Positions 49,409-59,738 of a stretch of DNA of 64,000 bases are shown here, one piece after another. Numbering within the stretch: the stretch's first letter is position 1; each line of letters starts with the position of its first letter. The position numbers and the translations under genes were made by a program. The notes under the pieces are model-generated. The model was given only the letters and a program-made list of their open reading frames with translations, was not told the origin of the DNA and made no database searches. The DNA lies in contig CBDCNM010000002.1 of assembly GCA_965219385.1 (NCBI GenBank), positions 2,722,936-2,786,935 of the forward strand. Direction: 5' to 3'. The stretch comes from Candidatus Latescibacterota bacterium. GTDB taxonomy: Bacteria > Latescibacterota > UBA2968 > UBA8231.

Positions 49409-52006
49409 ATGATCGGTAAGCGTCCGTTTCCCACGGTGTGGATGCTGCTTTTTTTGGGCGTCTTGTCCGTCTGTATGCAGTACGTCACGGTAGAAAAATT
49501 CTCGGTGTTTCCGCCGGGTAGAAGCCACGTCACTTGGGCGCGCTTCATCCACGCCGTCGAGCAGCAGATCACCTTCGACCCGCTCGACGGCGTGCTCGTT
49601 GCCTTGTTCCTCGTTTCCACCGCGTGCGTCTTGTACCAAGAGGTGCGCCACCGGGTGCTCACCGACTTTTTGCAGGAGTGTTTTGCCAGCCAGCGCAAGA
49701 CGGTGTGGCTGCTCGCGGGCTGCTTGCTGGTCTGCGTCCGCTTTTACCTGGCCCGCGGCGAGTTAAGCTGGGGCGCCGACGCCTCCCACCACATTGCCAC
49801 GTCCTGGATGGCTGCCCAGGCCATCGCCGACGGCCAGGTGCCTGTCTGGACGTTCTTCCTGGGCACAGGCTCTCCCTACCTGCAAAACTATGGCTTCGCC
49901 TTCTACTACCTGGTTGGGCTCGTCGATCTGATCGTTGGCGACCTGGGTGTATCGTTGAAACTGACCATGGCCGCCGCGCGCGTGCTGTCCGGGATCGGCA
50001 TGTACTATCTGACGGCCAGCCTGTGCCGCTCGCGCCGCGCCGGGTTTATCGCCGGGCTGGGCTACGCCCTGTGTTTTTGGCATACCCAGCACGTGCTCAT
50101 TATGGGCCGCTTGGCGCTGTCGCTTTTTTACGCGCTCTTGCCGTGGGCCTTCTACTGGGTAGAGCGCGTCGTCTCCTCGCCGTACAAGGCGCGGGCGGCC
50201 CTCTTAGGCGGGATAAGCATGGCCCTGCTCAATTTCACGCACCCAGGCTATGGGACCTACGCGATGGTGCTGTTGGGTTGCTACAGTGTAGTACGATTGT
50301 GGTCCTGTTGGGGCCGCCCGGACACAGGGGCAATTTTTCGCGCCGGCGTCTTGCTTTTTGTCCTGGGCGTCGCCTTTGGGTCCTACATGAACGTCGGGAT
50401 GTGGTTCGAGCGGGGGCATTCCCTGATGCACGATTTCAACCCGGGCAACGATCTTTTTGGCTTATCGGATATCCCCGATCCCACCTGGCAACACCTGCTG
50501 GGCTGGTCGAACTTCCGCTTTTGGCTGGTGTCCCCTAAGCCGTTTCACTGGTACGGCGGGTACTTGGGCGTCTCTTTGTGTGTAGTGGCGTTGGCCGGTG
50601 GCGTGGTGGCACTACGACGGCGCGACAAGCGCGTTGCCGCATGTTGGGTCTGTTTGATCCTGACCCTCTTGGCCGTATTTGCCTACCGGTGGCCGCCGGT
50701 TAATATGCTGCCGTTGATCCATGCCGTCAACGCATCGCGTTACTTGCTCTTTGTGGCCTTTTTCCTCGCGCTGGCTGCGGGTATCGGCGCCTATAGGCTC
50801 TTGCAGCATGGTCCCCGGTCGTTTGCGCGGAGCCGCCTATATACGGCGGGAGAGGAGAAAGAGGTCAAGAAGAAGGCCCTGCAACACCGTCCCAGGGGGC
50901 TTACCCGGAGCCGCTGGGGTACCCTCTTGCTCCTCGTGGTATGGGTCGATCTGTTCCCCACGACGTTTGTTCATCTCTATTGCGAAGAGCCTTATTTACC
51001 TACGGGTTGGCCGCCGGAGACCTTTGCGGACCTTAGAGAGGCGGCCGCGCCCTTTATCGAGCGAGACGAACTACCCCATTACCGGGCGCAGTGGATCGGA
51101 GAAGACGTCTATACCCCCAAGCGGCGGACGAGTGTGCTTTTGAGTGGGATGCCGATTGCAGAGGCGTTCCATCCCGGAGAATTGCGCACCCTGGGCACCT
51201 TTGTCTATCCCTTCACCGGTTGGGCGCACACGCTGTTGCCAAAGCTGGAGTCGCTCGAACAGTTCAACGCCCACCCGTACCGCAACCCGCTCATAGCGGG
51301 TTTTTATCTCCTCAATACGCGCTGGTTGATTGTGACCTCTAATCGGCGCAAGTCCGGTCTTGTCTTTCCTCTAGCGCACAGCCCCATCGTCGTCTCCGGG
51401 CGCCTGGCCGGCTACGACGAAAAGGCCGTTGACTTTACCGGCATCACCGAGCAATTCCAGTTGAAGCAACAGCCGGTACGCCTAACCCGATTTGGCGCAC
51501 TGGGCGCGGATCCGGCCGGGGCCGATTCGATGGCGGTCGAGCAAGTCCTGTGGATCATCCTTCAGACGGGCCTCCGCCCACCCATAGAATCCCATGCTTG
51601 TGAGCGCATCCTCGTCCGGGACAGAGAGGGAGAGCACGATTTAGGAACAACCCCCACGGCGCAGGTCCTCTCCCATGTGGTGGACCACAAGCGGGTAGAA
51701 CTGCGGGTGGCGGTCTCCGCAAGCTGCTATGCGCGGCTGGCCTACGCCTATTTTCCCTATCTGCAGGTCACCGTCGACGGGACGCCGGTCCAGCCGATGG
51801 AAACGGCCGGTCGCTTTGTGGCGCTGCCCCTAGAGGCCGGCGAACACGACATTGTGCTCCAGGCGCGGCTTTCCCCGCTGCGGCGGGGCCTTCTTGTGCT
51901 CGGTGGGGTTTTGCTGGTAGGGGCTTTGGCTTTGGTGGTCAGGGAGCAGAGGCAAGGAAATCCCGTTATAATAAATGCTACATCCAGTAGCATTCACCCT
52001 CAATGA
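49409..52006 (+). CDS. Large polytopic membrane protein (GT-C/YfhO-like, PTPS-related membrane domain)
   Basis: GAD..HH, P.W.....G.P..QNYG, many TM segments, C-terminal YFP..V.VDG...L.AG.H.I.L. Confidence 0.65.
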   Translation: MIGKRPFPTVWMLLFLGVLSVCMQYVTVEKFSVFPPGRSHVTWARFIHAVEQQITFDPLDGVLVALFLVSTACVLYQEVRHRVLTDFLQECFASQRKTVWLLAGCLLVCVRFYLARGELSWGADASHHIATSWMAAQAIADGQVPVWTFFLGTGSPYLQNYGFAFYYLVGLVDLIVGDLGVSLKLTMAAARVLSGIGMYYLTASLCRSRRAGFIAGLGYALCFWHTQHVLIMGRLALSLFYALLPWAFYWVERVVSSPYKARAALLGGISMALLNFTHPGYGTYAMVLLGCYSVVRLWSCWGRPDTGAIFRAGVLLFVLGVAFGSYMNVGMWFERGHSLMHDFNPGNDLFGLSDIPDPTWQHLLGWSNFRFWLVSPKPFHWYGGYLGVSLCVVALAGGVVALRRRDKRVAACWVCLILTLLAVFAYRWPPVNMLPLIHAVNASRYLLFVAFFLALAAGIGAYRLLQHGPRSFARSRLYTAGEEKEVKKKALQHRPRGLTRSRWGTLLLLVVWVDLFPTTFVHLYCEEPYLPTGWPPETFADLREAAAPFIERDELPHYRAQWIGEDVYTPKRRTSVLLSGMPIAEAFHPGELRTLGTFVYPFTGWAHTLLPKLESLEQFNAHPYRNPLIAGFYLLNTRWLIVTSNRRKSGLVFPLAHSPIVVSGRLAGYDEKAVDFTGITEQFQLKQQPVRLTRFGALGADPAGADSMAVEQVLWIILQTGLRPPIESHACERILVRDREGEHDLGTTPTAQVLSHVVDHKRVELRVAVSASCYARLAYAYFPYLQVTVDGTPVQPMETAGRFVALPLEAGEHDIVLQARLSPLRRGLLVLGGVLLVGALALVVREQRQGNPVIINATSSSIHPQ

Positions 52007-52019
52007 GGAGAAAGAGCCA

Positions 52020-52292
52020 ATGGATCAGAATCAGGAAGAAATTCTATCCGGCTCTATGAATTGTCAGCAAACAATCATAAGCGCTTTGCTAGCCATCCTC
52101 GCCTCCCAAGATGACCACATGAAAGAGGCCATTGAGACTTTATTCAATGATGCTGAGGAAATAAAGGATGAAGACCTGGTTTTCCGCATCAATAGGGGGT
52201 ATAAACTACCCCTCAGAAAGATTAGAGACCAATACACCGACGCACTCAATCGTTACGGGGGGGAAACAGTAGGTCCTCAGGACGAGGATTAG
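52020..52292 (+). CDS. Small low-GC hypothetical protein
   Basis: GAGGAG RBS; acidic helical 90-aa ORF. Confidence 0.55.
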   Translation: MDQNQEEILSGSMNCQQTIISALLAILASQDDHMKEAIETLFNDAEEIKDEDLVFRINRGYKLPLRKIRDQYTDALNRYGGETVGPQDED

Positions 52293-52419
52293 TTACCATT
52301 GCACCAATGCGCTTAATCGCTTGAGCTAACTTTTTGCTCTTGGCTTCCTGGGCATCCTTGATCTCTTCTCTAGCTATCTCACGCACCCTTTCTTCGTCTA
52401 AAGCAATTTCCATGCTCAT
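52246..52419 (-). CDS. 57-aa hypothetical protein (below the ORF-track cutoff)
   Basis: AGGAG RBS; MSMEIALDEERVREIAREEIKDAQEAKSKKLAQAIKRIGAMVTNPRPEDLLFPPRND. Confidence 0.5.
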   Translation of the reverse strand: MSMEIALDEERVREIAREEIKDAQEAKSKKLAQAIKRIGAMVTNPRPEDLLFPPRND

Positions 52420-52502
52420 TTTACGCTCCTAGCAAGTTAAGTGCCACACGTTATTCAAACTGATACAAAACCCATTCTTTTATAAAGATGTCAAGAAAAA
52501 TA

Positions 52503-52715
52503 TCAGTACTTGACGGAATCGGTGGGCGGCCGTGTGGGCTTGTGCCTCTGGCGTTTTATGAGGTCCAGGGCACTCTTGCCCCTCCCCACACCCCCGGGCA
52601 GGCCTGAGTCCCAGAGCCCCCTTTTCCCTGCTCCACCCCCCCCATAAAACGCCTCCGGCCACATCCCCTCCCGGTCTTGAGGTCCAAATAGGTACGGATA
52701 TTTCAGAAGTACTTC
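52503..52715 (+). repeat. MITE-like element, copy 4 (apparently complete)
   Basis: Ends TCAGTACTTGACGGAAT...ATTTCAGAAGTACT; internal IR GGCGTTTTATG/CATAAAACGCC. Confidence 0.88.
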
Positions 52716-52728
52716 AACCCCAAAAACG

Positions 52729-52758
52729 TTGACACAGGGCTTTTGTAATCCCTATACT
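52729..52758 (+). promoter_or_regulatory. Putative sigma70 promoter
   Basis: TTGACA-18bp-TATACT. Confidence 0.55.
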
Positions 52759-52824
52759 TCTGAGCGCCGCTGTTGTGGATAACATATAGATTGGCGGGAA
52801 AGTGTCTGGAACAGGAGAGATATC

Positions 52825-53616
52825 ATGCTGACACCGCAACAATTGGCCCAATTCGCAACCTTCGGTTTTGTCCTTTTGCGGCAGGCGTTCGCGCCCGAGG
52901 AAATGGCGGCCATCGCGCGCCAGGCCGATGAGCTGTGGCGGGAAGATCGGGAGAGCCGGGCGGAAGAGGTCGGGCATCGACACGTGGTGCCCTTTGTGGA
53001 GAAGGGACCGCTGCTGGCGCGCCTGCCGGAGGATGATCGCATTTACCTGTCCATCGAGCAATTGCTGGGCGCCGGCTTTGTCTGGGGGGGGTCGGAGGGC
53101 AACAAGGGCAGCTTCAACCAGACCAATGACCATCAATGGCACTGCGACCGCGACGACCAGATAGATCTTCAGTACACCCGCATCAAAATCATGATGTACC
53201 TGCAGGCAATGCAAAAGGATACGGGGGCGCTACGGGTCATGCCCGGCTCGCACCATATGGCTTTCAACAAGGAGCTGCAGGTACTCCAGCCTCAGCAGCA
53301 GAGTACCAGTCTCGAAGCCTTTGGCGTGCCCGGTCCGGATTTGCCCTGTCTGCCGCTCGAAGTGGAACCGGGGGATGTGGTGATATTCAATCACTATCTG
53401 TTCCACGCGGTGTACGGCAAGCAGGAGGGGCGCAGCTACATTGCCATGAAATTCGCCGCCGAGCCCACCACCGCGGAACACTACGAGGCATTGAGGGAGC
53501 ACAACCAGGATGCCTCGAGGTTGCACGAGGCGTTCCGCCACAGCCGGCGTCCCCGCATCCGGGGCATGGTGGAGAAGTTGCTGTTCTGGGAGGAGAAACT
53601 GGGCGTTTTGCAATAA
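52825..53616 (+). CDS. PhyH-family Fe(II)/2OG dioxygenase (HxD)
   Basis: MLTPQQLAQFATFGF, WHCD, GALRVMPGSH, PGDVVIF..LFH..R. Confidence 0.88.
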   Translation: MLTPQQLAQFATFGFVLLRQAFAPEEMAAIARQADELWREDRESRAEEVGHRHVVPFVEKGPLLARLPEDDRIYLSIEQLLGAGFVWGGSEGNKGSFNQTNDHQWHCDRDDQIDLQYTRIKIMMYLQAMQKDTGALRVMPGSHHMAFNKELQVLQPQQQSTSLEAFGVPGPDLPCLPLEVEPGDVVIFNHYLFHAVYGKQEGRSYIAMKFAAEPTTAEHYEALREHNQDASRLHEAFRHSRRPRIRGMVEKLLFWEEKLGVLQ

Positions 53617-53664
53617 CCGGCGCCGGCTCGCGGAATCGGGACAGGGTTTCCCTCAGCGCCGCAC

Positions 53665-55281
53665 TCATAACTGCCGATCCAGCTGCAGGCCGAGCCAGTA
53701 GGGGTAGGTCTCGTCCCGGTAGATGACCTCTAGGTGCAGCTTGCGGACCTCGCACGGCTGCGGGATGAACCCATGGGGCCTGAAGCTGGCCGCACGCGGC
53801 GTGAATGTCAGGGTGTTGCGGCCTTTCTTCAGCAGCTCAGGCGCAAGGGCGGCTTCGAGGTGACAGCCGGGACTGTCCTCGGGGTGGTCGGTGACGGCGA
53901 GGGGAGTGGGGATGTTCTGTTCCGGACCGACCGGTACGCTCGCGCCATTCACCTGCAGCTCGATGTCATCCGGCGTCTCCAGCTGGGTGATGTTGAGCAG
54001 CAGCCGGGTGCGTAGGGTGCGATCGGGTGTCAATGCGGCGGCCGGATCTTCGGGCATGTCGATCTGCATCCGGGTTGTGCGCTCTTCGTTGCGCAGGCCC
54101 AGGTCGAGCGGCAGGGCAAGCTGAAAGACATAGGTCTTGTTGGCATGGTGGAGCCGCTCGGGATCGCCAAGCTCGCGGAAGAGATCCCACTGCAGTTCGA
54201 ACTGGCGGATGCCGTAGTCGTAAAAGGAGATGCCGTCGGCGCCTTGTTCGTACAGGCGGTGGGCCAGGGCCCGATGTTCGAGATACTGGGTAAGATGGGC
54301 GGGATAGCCGTCGATCAGGCCGCCGCGCTTGTACTTGAAGAAGCCGGGCTTACCTGGCCCGGCTACCAGACGGCAGTTGGTGCCGGCGACGACCTGCTTC
54401 CAGGCTGCGATGTCCATCTCGTAGAGACTGGTGGTGCGGCAGTGCGCGTTGAGGATGTCGAGCAACCCTTCCTGGACCCAGGTGCGTACGTCCAGGCCGC
54501 CGTCGAAATGGCCCCGGATATCGTCCATCGGGTTTTCGCTGACAATTTTCTCGTTGCTGGTGCCCTCGTTGCGCAGTTCCAGTCCCTTTCCCTTCCAGAG
54601 CGAGTCGTGCTGGTAGAGCTGTGCCGACAGCCCGAGGCGCTTGCCTTTTTGGCGGCCGACCTGGTCGAGCATGGCGCGGACATCGCGGACGTGCTGGTTC
54701 ATGGTCTCGCGCCCCTGCGCCTCTTCGCCTTCATTGAAGTAGGGGGGGATGCGGGTGTAATCCAGGTCCAGGCCGTCGATGTCGTAGTTCTCGGCGACTT
54801 CGCGCAGGAAAGCAAGGTTCTGGGCGGCGATCTCGGGCTTGTTCCAGTCGTATTTGGCGGAAACCTGGACGTCGCGTTTCCACTTCAGCCGCAGCTCGGG
54901 GTGGTCTTTGTAGAACTGGGTCTGGTACTTGTCGTACTCGAGCATCTGGTAGGTGTGATGGCCGTCGTTCATGCGGCGACTGCCCCAGGCCTGTATGCCG
55001 CAGCGGTGGCATTCGTCGACAAAGACGGTCATGGGATTGACCCCGGCCTCGACCCAGGCGGCGTGCGTCTCGTTCATATCGAGGACGGTGGATTTCTGAC
55101 AGGCCCTGATGGCGCCGACGTGGCGCTGCAGGATGCCGACGTGAGAGCCTTCGAAGCAGCGCACCAGAGAGCGAATCTGCCGTTCGGCGCGGGCCGGGTC
55201 GCAGGAGGTCTCGCCGGCGTCGTAGGTCATGATGAGGCGCTGGTTCGGGCGCAGCGCGATGGGGGGATTGGTGGAGTTCAT
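53665..55281 (-). CDS. GH10-like (DUF187-type) TIM-barrel protein
   Basis: RMNDGH, HPE, YDIDGLDLDY, W..EGL.D, GADGI. Confidence 0.7.
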   Translation of the reverse strand: MNSTNPPIALRPNQRLIMTYDAGETSCDPARAERQIRSLVRCFEGSHVGILQRHVGAIRACQKSTVLDMNETHAAWVEAGVNPMTVFVDECHRCGIQAWGSRRMNDGHHTYQMLEYDKYQTQFYKDHPELRLKWKRDVQVSAKYDWNKPEIAAQNLAFLREVAENYDIDGLDLDYTRIPPYFNEGEEAQGRETMNQHVRDVRAMLDQVGRQKGKRLGLSAQLYQHDSLWKGKGLELRNEGTSNEKIVSENPMDDIRGHFDGGLDVRTWVQEGLLDILNAHCRTTSLYEMDIAAWKQVVAGTNCRLVAGPGKPGFFKYKRGGLIDGYPAHLTQYLEHRALAHRLYEQGADGISFYDYGIRQFELQWDLFRELGDPERLHHANKTYVFQLALPLDLGLRNEERTTRMQIDMPEDPAAALTPDRTLRTRLLLNITQLETPDDIELQVNGASVPVGPEQNIPTPLAVTDHPEDSPGCHLEAALAPELLKKGRNTLTFTPRAASFRPHGFIPQPCEVRKLHLEVIYRDETYPYWLGLQLDRQL

Positions 55282-55289
55282 TTTTGATT

Positions 55290-55530
55290 GTCAGTACTTG
55301 ATGAAATTGATCGGGGACCACCGAAATAGGACATTGCCTCTGGCGTTTTATGAGTCCCAGATGGTGAAGCGACCTTTCGCTGGTGGTCGGGCTCGCCTCA
55401 GGCACTGCCCCGAAAATCGGCTGGACTCTTTAGTCTATTCCCCGCCACTACCCTCCCACAAAACGCCGCTGGCAACATCCCCTTCCGGCCTCAAGCCTGG
55501 TATGTTTGCGTGGTTTCGTTATGTACTGAC
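55290..55530 (+). repeat. MITE-like element, copy 5 (complete, different core)
   Basis: GTCAGTACTTGATGAAAT...GTTTCGTTATGTACTGAC; shares arms with copies 2-4. Confidence 0.8.
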
Positions 55531-55671
55531 TGGGTTTCCTGGTCGAGGAAGGCAGCGCGATTTGCCCGATTTTTAAAAAAGCTTGTGTTCGGCGGGTCTG
55601 TCAAGATATTTGACAGGCCCGGGTTTTTGCGCCTCTGTTAGATCAAAACGACAAAGGAAAGGAGTTGCTCA

Positions 55672-56532
55672 ATGGCGCGAAGAAAAGTAGTGATCACCGG
55701 CGCGGCAGGCTATGTCGCGGGGCGGATGCTGCCGGCCCTGAGAGAACGCTACGACCTGAAATTGCTCGATATCCGGACCACCAACCGGGAGGGAGAGGAG
55801 GTAGAGGGCATTGCGGTGGCCGACCTGCTCGGGCGCGACCGGGAGGCGTACCGGCCCCACTTCCGCGGCGCCGATGCCGTGGTCCACTGCGGCTTTGTGC
55901 GCTCTGACCGGCCCGAGGACACCTACTGGGCCGAGGCCGACAACATCAACATGGCCCACAATGTGTACCAGAGCTGTGTGGAGGAAAAGGTCCGGCGGGT
56001 GGTGATCCTCAGTTCCAATCACGCAGCCGACTTCTACGAGCGGCTGATCTGGACCCGCAAGATGGAGTTCGCGACCCCGGACATGCCCCCCCTGTCGGAC
56101 AACTTCTACGGCTGGGCCAAGGCCTCGTACGAGTTGCTGGGCTTTGTGTACGCCTCCGGAGGGGTCAATGGCGTGCAGCTGCAAAACGTGCAGCTGCGGA
56201 TCGGGGGCCCCCGGGAGACCGATATCGACCGGTGCGGTCCCGACGACCTGGCGCAACTGCACCGGGCCCTGGGGGCCTATTTGAGCGTGCGGGACCAGGT
56301 GCAGCTAGTGGTCAGAAGCATCGAGACCGAAAACATCGAGGACGAAAACGGAGTGCCCTTCCAGATCTTCTACGGCATCAGCGGCAATGCGCACAACTTC
56401 TGGAGCCTGGCCAATGCCCGCAAGGTGATCGGGTACGCGCCCGAGGACGATAGTCAGGTGCGCTTTGCGGACAAGCTGGCAAAGATCATCGTGGCCGCGC
56501 AGAAGGCCCGACGGGATGGCGGTAGTTCATGA
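55672..56532 (+). CDS. NAD(P)-dependent epimerase/dehydrogenase
   Basis: TGAAGYVA, SSNHA, YGWAK, IFYGISGN. Confidence 0.82.
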   Translation: MARRKVVITGAAGYVAGRMLPALRERYDLKLLDIRTTNREGEEVEGIAVADLLGRDREAYRPHFRGADAVVHCGFVRSDRPEDTYWAEADNINMAHNVYQSCVEEKVRRVVILSSNHAADFYERLIWTRKMEFATPDMPPLSDNFYGWAKASYELLGFVYASGGVNGVQLQNVQLRIGGPRETDIDRCGPDDLAQLHRALGAYLSVRDQVQLVVRSIETENIEDENGVPFQIFYGISGNAHNFWSLANARKVIGYAPEDDSQVRFADKLAKIIVAAQKARRDGGSS

Positions 56533-56559
56533 TAAGATCATCCGGCGGATTGTGTTTTT

Positions 56560-57750
56560 AAGGCTTCGTGCTACATGCGCGGTCCTGGCTCCATCACCTG
56601 TAAAGGCACTTCCAGAGCGAACCCGGATCAACAGCAGGTAGGCCATCCCCGACAGGGCCACCGAGCGTTCGACCCGGTCCGGCTGTTGGGTCACCTGCGC
56701 TTAGCCTAAGAGGCCCTAACAAAACTCTTTGAGGTACTTCCAACAGATGAGAATACATCCGATGTCGAGAAAGGCTTCATGGAGATCACCTCGTCGCTCC
56801 CAGCGGACTCGAAGCCGACGGAATTGGTGCAACCATGCCAACGTTCGTTCCACCACCCACCGATAGACGCCCAAGCCGCTGCCGTGGGCTTGCCCTCGCC
56901 GAGCCAACACCGAGCCGATGCCCCGCTTACGCAAGGCGCGCCGATGGGCTTGCGAATCATAGGCCCGATCCCCTTGCACCCGATCCGGCCGACGACGCGG
57001 GCGGCCGACCCGACCGGCCACCGGGGGTATGCGATCCACCAACGGCAACAGCTGCGTCACATCATGCCGATGGGCCCCCGTCACCCCCGCCGCCAACGGC
57101 ACCCCTTGGGCATCGGTGATTACATGGTGTTTGCTACCGGGTTTGCCGCGGTCCGTCGGATTGGGACCGGTGTGCGCCCCCCCCCAACCGCCCGCACCGA
57201 GGCACTATCGACCACCGCACGAGACCAATCAATCCGGTCGGCGGCCCTCAGTCGGTTCAACAGGATATGATGGACTCTTTTCCAGACCCCGGCTTGTTGC
57301 CAAGCGTGCAGGCGACGCCAACAGGTCATCCCCGAACCGCACCCCATCTCTTGAGGCAAATACTCCCAAGGGATACCCGTCTTGAGCACAAAGAGAATGC
57401 CGGTCAGCACCCTACGGTTATCCAGCCGAGGCCGCCCCCCTTGGGGGCCAACGGTTACGGGGGGCAAAACCGGTTCAATCAAGGCCCATAACCCATCGTC
57501 GAGTAACGGCTTGGCCATCAAAAACACCTCCATATCAAGACGGTAGAAGCAATACCGAAGAGGATAAGAATATAATGAAGCCTATACGCGATTCCAAGGT
57601 TTTGTTAGAGACTCTAAGCCGGTCACCCCTTTCAACTCCTTGATCAGCAGTTCCACTTCCCACCGGCGGGCATACAGCGCGATCACTTGGCGGACGGTCA
57701 CATTGGGTAGATTGGTCACGAGGATTTTGGTGTGTTTGGGCCCATCGTTA
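56560..57750 (-). pseudogene. IS4/IS701-like transposase remnant interrupted by IS5
   Basis: LVTNL...YARRWEVELLIKELKGVTGL [IS5] G*AQVTQQPDRVERSVALSGMAYLLL joins in frame across the IS5. Confidence 0.75.
56710..57614 (-). mobile_element. IS5-family element, apparently intact, two ORFs joined at a G-run frameshift
   Basis: IRs GAGGCCCTAACAAAAC / GTTTTGTTAGAGACTC, TAA duplication (56707-09, 57615-17); ORFs 57120-57533 and 56716-57102 with DRAYD, RWVVERT. Confidence 0.92.
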
Positions 57751-58720
57751 CTGCTGGCGGCGGACGGATGGCCCAACCAAGCCATTGCCCACGCCTTGGG
57801 CGCCTCGCCATCCACCGTTGGAAAGTGGCGTAAGCGGTTCGTAGAGCAGGGACTTATGGGCCTGTATGACCAGCTGCGTCCAGGGGCGCCCCGATCGATT
57901 AAGGATGAGCAGGTAGCGGCGGTAGTATACAAGACGCTCCATGAGCCGCCCCAAGACGAGACCCCGTGGACGGTGCGCTCCATGGCGGAGGCGGCCGGGG
58001 TATCCAAGGACACGGTGCATCGCATCTGGCGTACCTTCGGGTTACAGCCCCATCGACAGAAGCATTGCAAACGCTCCACCGATCCTTTCTTCGTGGAGCA
58101 GGTGCGCGACCTTGTCGGTGTGTATCTGCATCCTCCGAGCATGCCCTGGTGTTATGCGTCAACGAGAAGAGCCCTATCCAGGCCTTGGAACGCACGCCGC
58201 CGTTGCTGCCTTTGGGCTTGGGCTATGTGGAAGGGGTAACCCACGCCTACAAACGCCATGGCACCACCACCCTGTTTGTTGCGGCGCTGAACATCGAGAC
58301 CGGACAGGTCATGGCTCCGTATAAGCCGCGCCATCGCCATCAGGAATTTCTCCAGTTTCTACGCCACATCGAGAGTCAGGTGCCGGCGGATTGGGACCTC
58401 CATCTGGTGGTCGATAACTACGCCCCCCACAAACACGCCCAAGTAAAGCAGTGGTTGGCTCGACACCCACGCTTCCAATTCCACTTCACGCCGACCTATG
58501 CGTGCTGGCTCAACCAAGTGGAGATCTGGTTCAATATCATCACGCGGCGTGCGATTCGACGAGGGTCCTTCCGGAAGGTGAAGGAACTGATCCGTCGGAT
58601 TGAACGCTTCACACACCACTGGAACGAAAACGCCCATCCGTTTGTGTGGACGGCCATGGCTGATTCCATCCTCGCAAAGATCAAACGACTTTGTGAACGA
58701 ATTTGTGCGACAGCACACTA
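57748..58720 (+). mobile_element. IS630-family element, 5'-truncated and frameshifted
   Basis: KWRKRF..G..GL, YKRHGTT, DNYAPH, FTPTYACWLNQVE; ends GACAGCACAC-TA. Confidence 0.88.
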
Positions 58721-59024
58721 GCTTTGCGTTGAAGAAAATGGCCCCTTGGGCTCTGGCCCGAAGGAAATCAGCTCCGCTCAGTTCGAGCCCGGGCCGGAAG
58801 TCCGGCATATTTGGCATCAGAAAGCTCGTGTTTCGGAGATTACAGTAACTCAGATCTATCCCCGCGAAAGAAGGGACGGCACCCTCACCAAACTTGGCGA
58901 CCAAGTCATAGCCAATGTTTGTGTTCGAAAGGTCGCCGCCCACGAAGTACGGCGGGCTATTTTTTTTCTTGTTCCAGTATTCAACCCCGTTAAGAAACCA
59001 CTGAACATGTTGTGAGTTCGCCAT
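58719..59024 (-). pseudogene. Pentapeptide-repeat protein truncated by IS630
   Basis: MANSQHV..F..GVEYWN...DLSNTN...IDLSYCNL...LSGADF..ARAQGAIF; breaks at the IS end. Confidence 0.7.
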
Positions 59025-59196
59025 GCCTTAATCCTTCGTCATTATTGTTGTCGCGCCTATGTTCTATCGCCTCCCGTCTGCTGCCAGCGCTCGTCAGTTG
59101 CTTCGCGCGACCTGAGCCACGCGTTGATCCAGCTATGGAGAACTGGCACCGAGTACGCGCCCATCATCCCAACCCTGAGGGGAGTAAAACCGCATC

Positions 59197-59493
59197 TCAG
59201 ACCTCTTCTTGGCGTTGTTGGGCTTGCATATAGGTACGCAATACAGCGTTCATCCGCGTTTGGTAGCCTTTACCGAAGGACTTGAAATAGGCCAATACAT
59301 CGGAGTCAACGCGCAAAGAGATCGATTGTTTCCTCTCAGGCACCACGACTTCTAGGGATGCCATATCGCACTCTTCCAACAGCAAGGTATCGGCATCGGA
59401 CCGAGCCGCCTGTTCAATCTCTTCGTCGGTGAGGTTATCCAGCCTCTTCAGATTCGTCCGGTCGCGCATTTTGCCGGTAGAATTTTCGCTCAT
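59197..59493 (-). CDS. brnA: BrnA-family antitoxin
   Basis: ISLRVDSDVLAYFK..GKGYQTRMNAVLR. Confidence 0.9.
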   Translation of the reverse strand: MSENSTGKMRDRTNLKRLDNLTDEEIEQAARSDADTLLLEECDMASLEVVVPERKQSISLRVDSDVLAYFKSFGKGYQTRMNAVLRTYMQAQQRQEEV

Positions 59494-59731
59494 TGGTACG
59501 TGCCCTCCGCGCTGAAATCAGGCGTATATTGGCACCGCGCCACGTATAGACGACGGTGATTTCGCGCCCTTTGTAGAGACCAATTGCTAGATAGCGGACT
59601 TCGCCGGAATGAGGTTGAGAGCTTTGCAGAGTAATCACGGTGTTCTCCCAAATGGTTTGAGCACCCTGAAAGTCAATGCCATGCTTGGCTAGGTTCGCTT
59701 CATTTTTGGCTTCGTCCCATTCAAAGTTCAT
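59435..59731 (-). CDS. brnT: BrnT-family ribonuclease toxin
   Basis: MNFEWDEAKNEANLAKHGIDF...VVYTWRG..IRLISARRA. Confidence 0.92.
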   Translation of the reverse strand: MNFEWDEAKNEANLAKHGIDFQGAQTIWENTVITLQSSQPHSGEVRYLAIGLYKGREITVVYTWRGANIRLISARRARTNERKFYRQNARPDESEEAG

Positions 59732-59738
59732 TTTATTG

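Noticed and set aside
52774..52782. Perfect DnaA box (TGTGGATAA)
   Set aside because: A single 9-mer can occur by chance; no box cluster or origin context.
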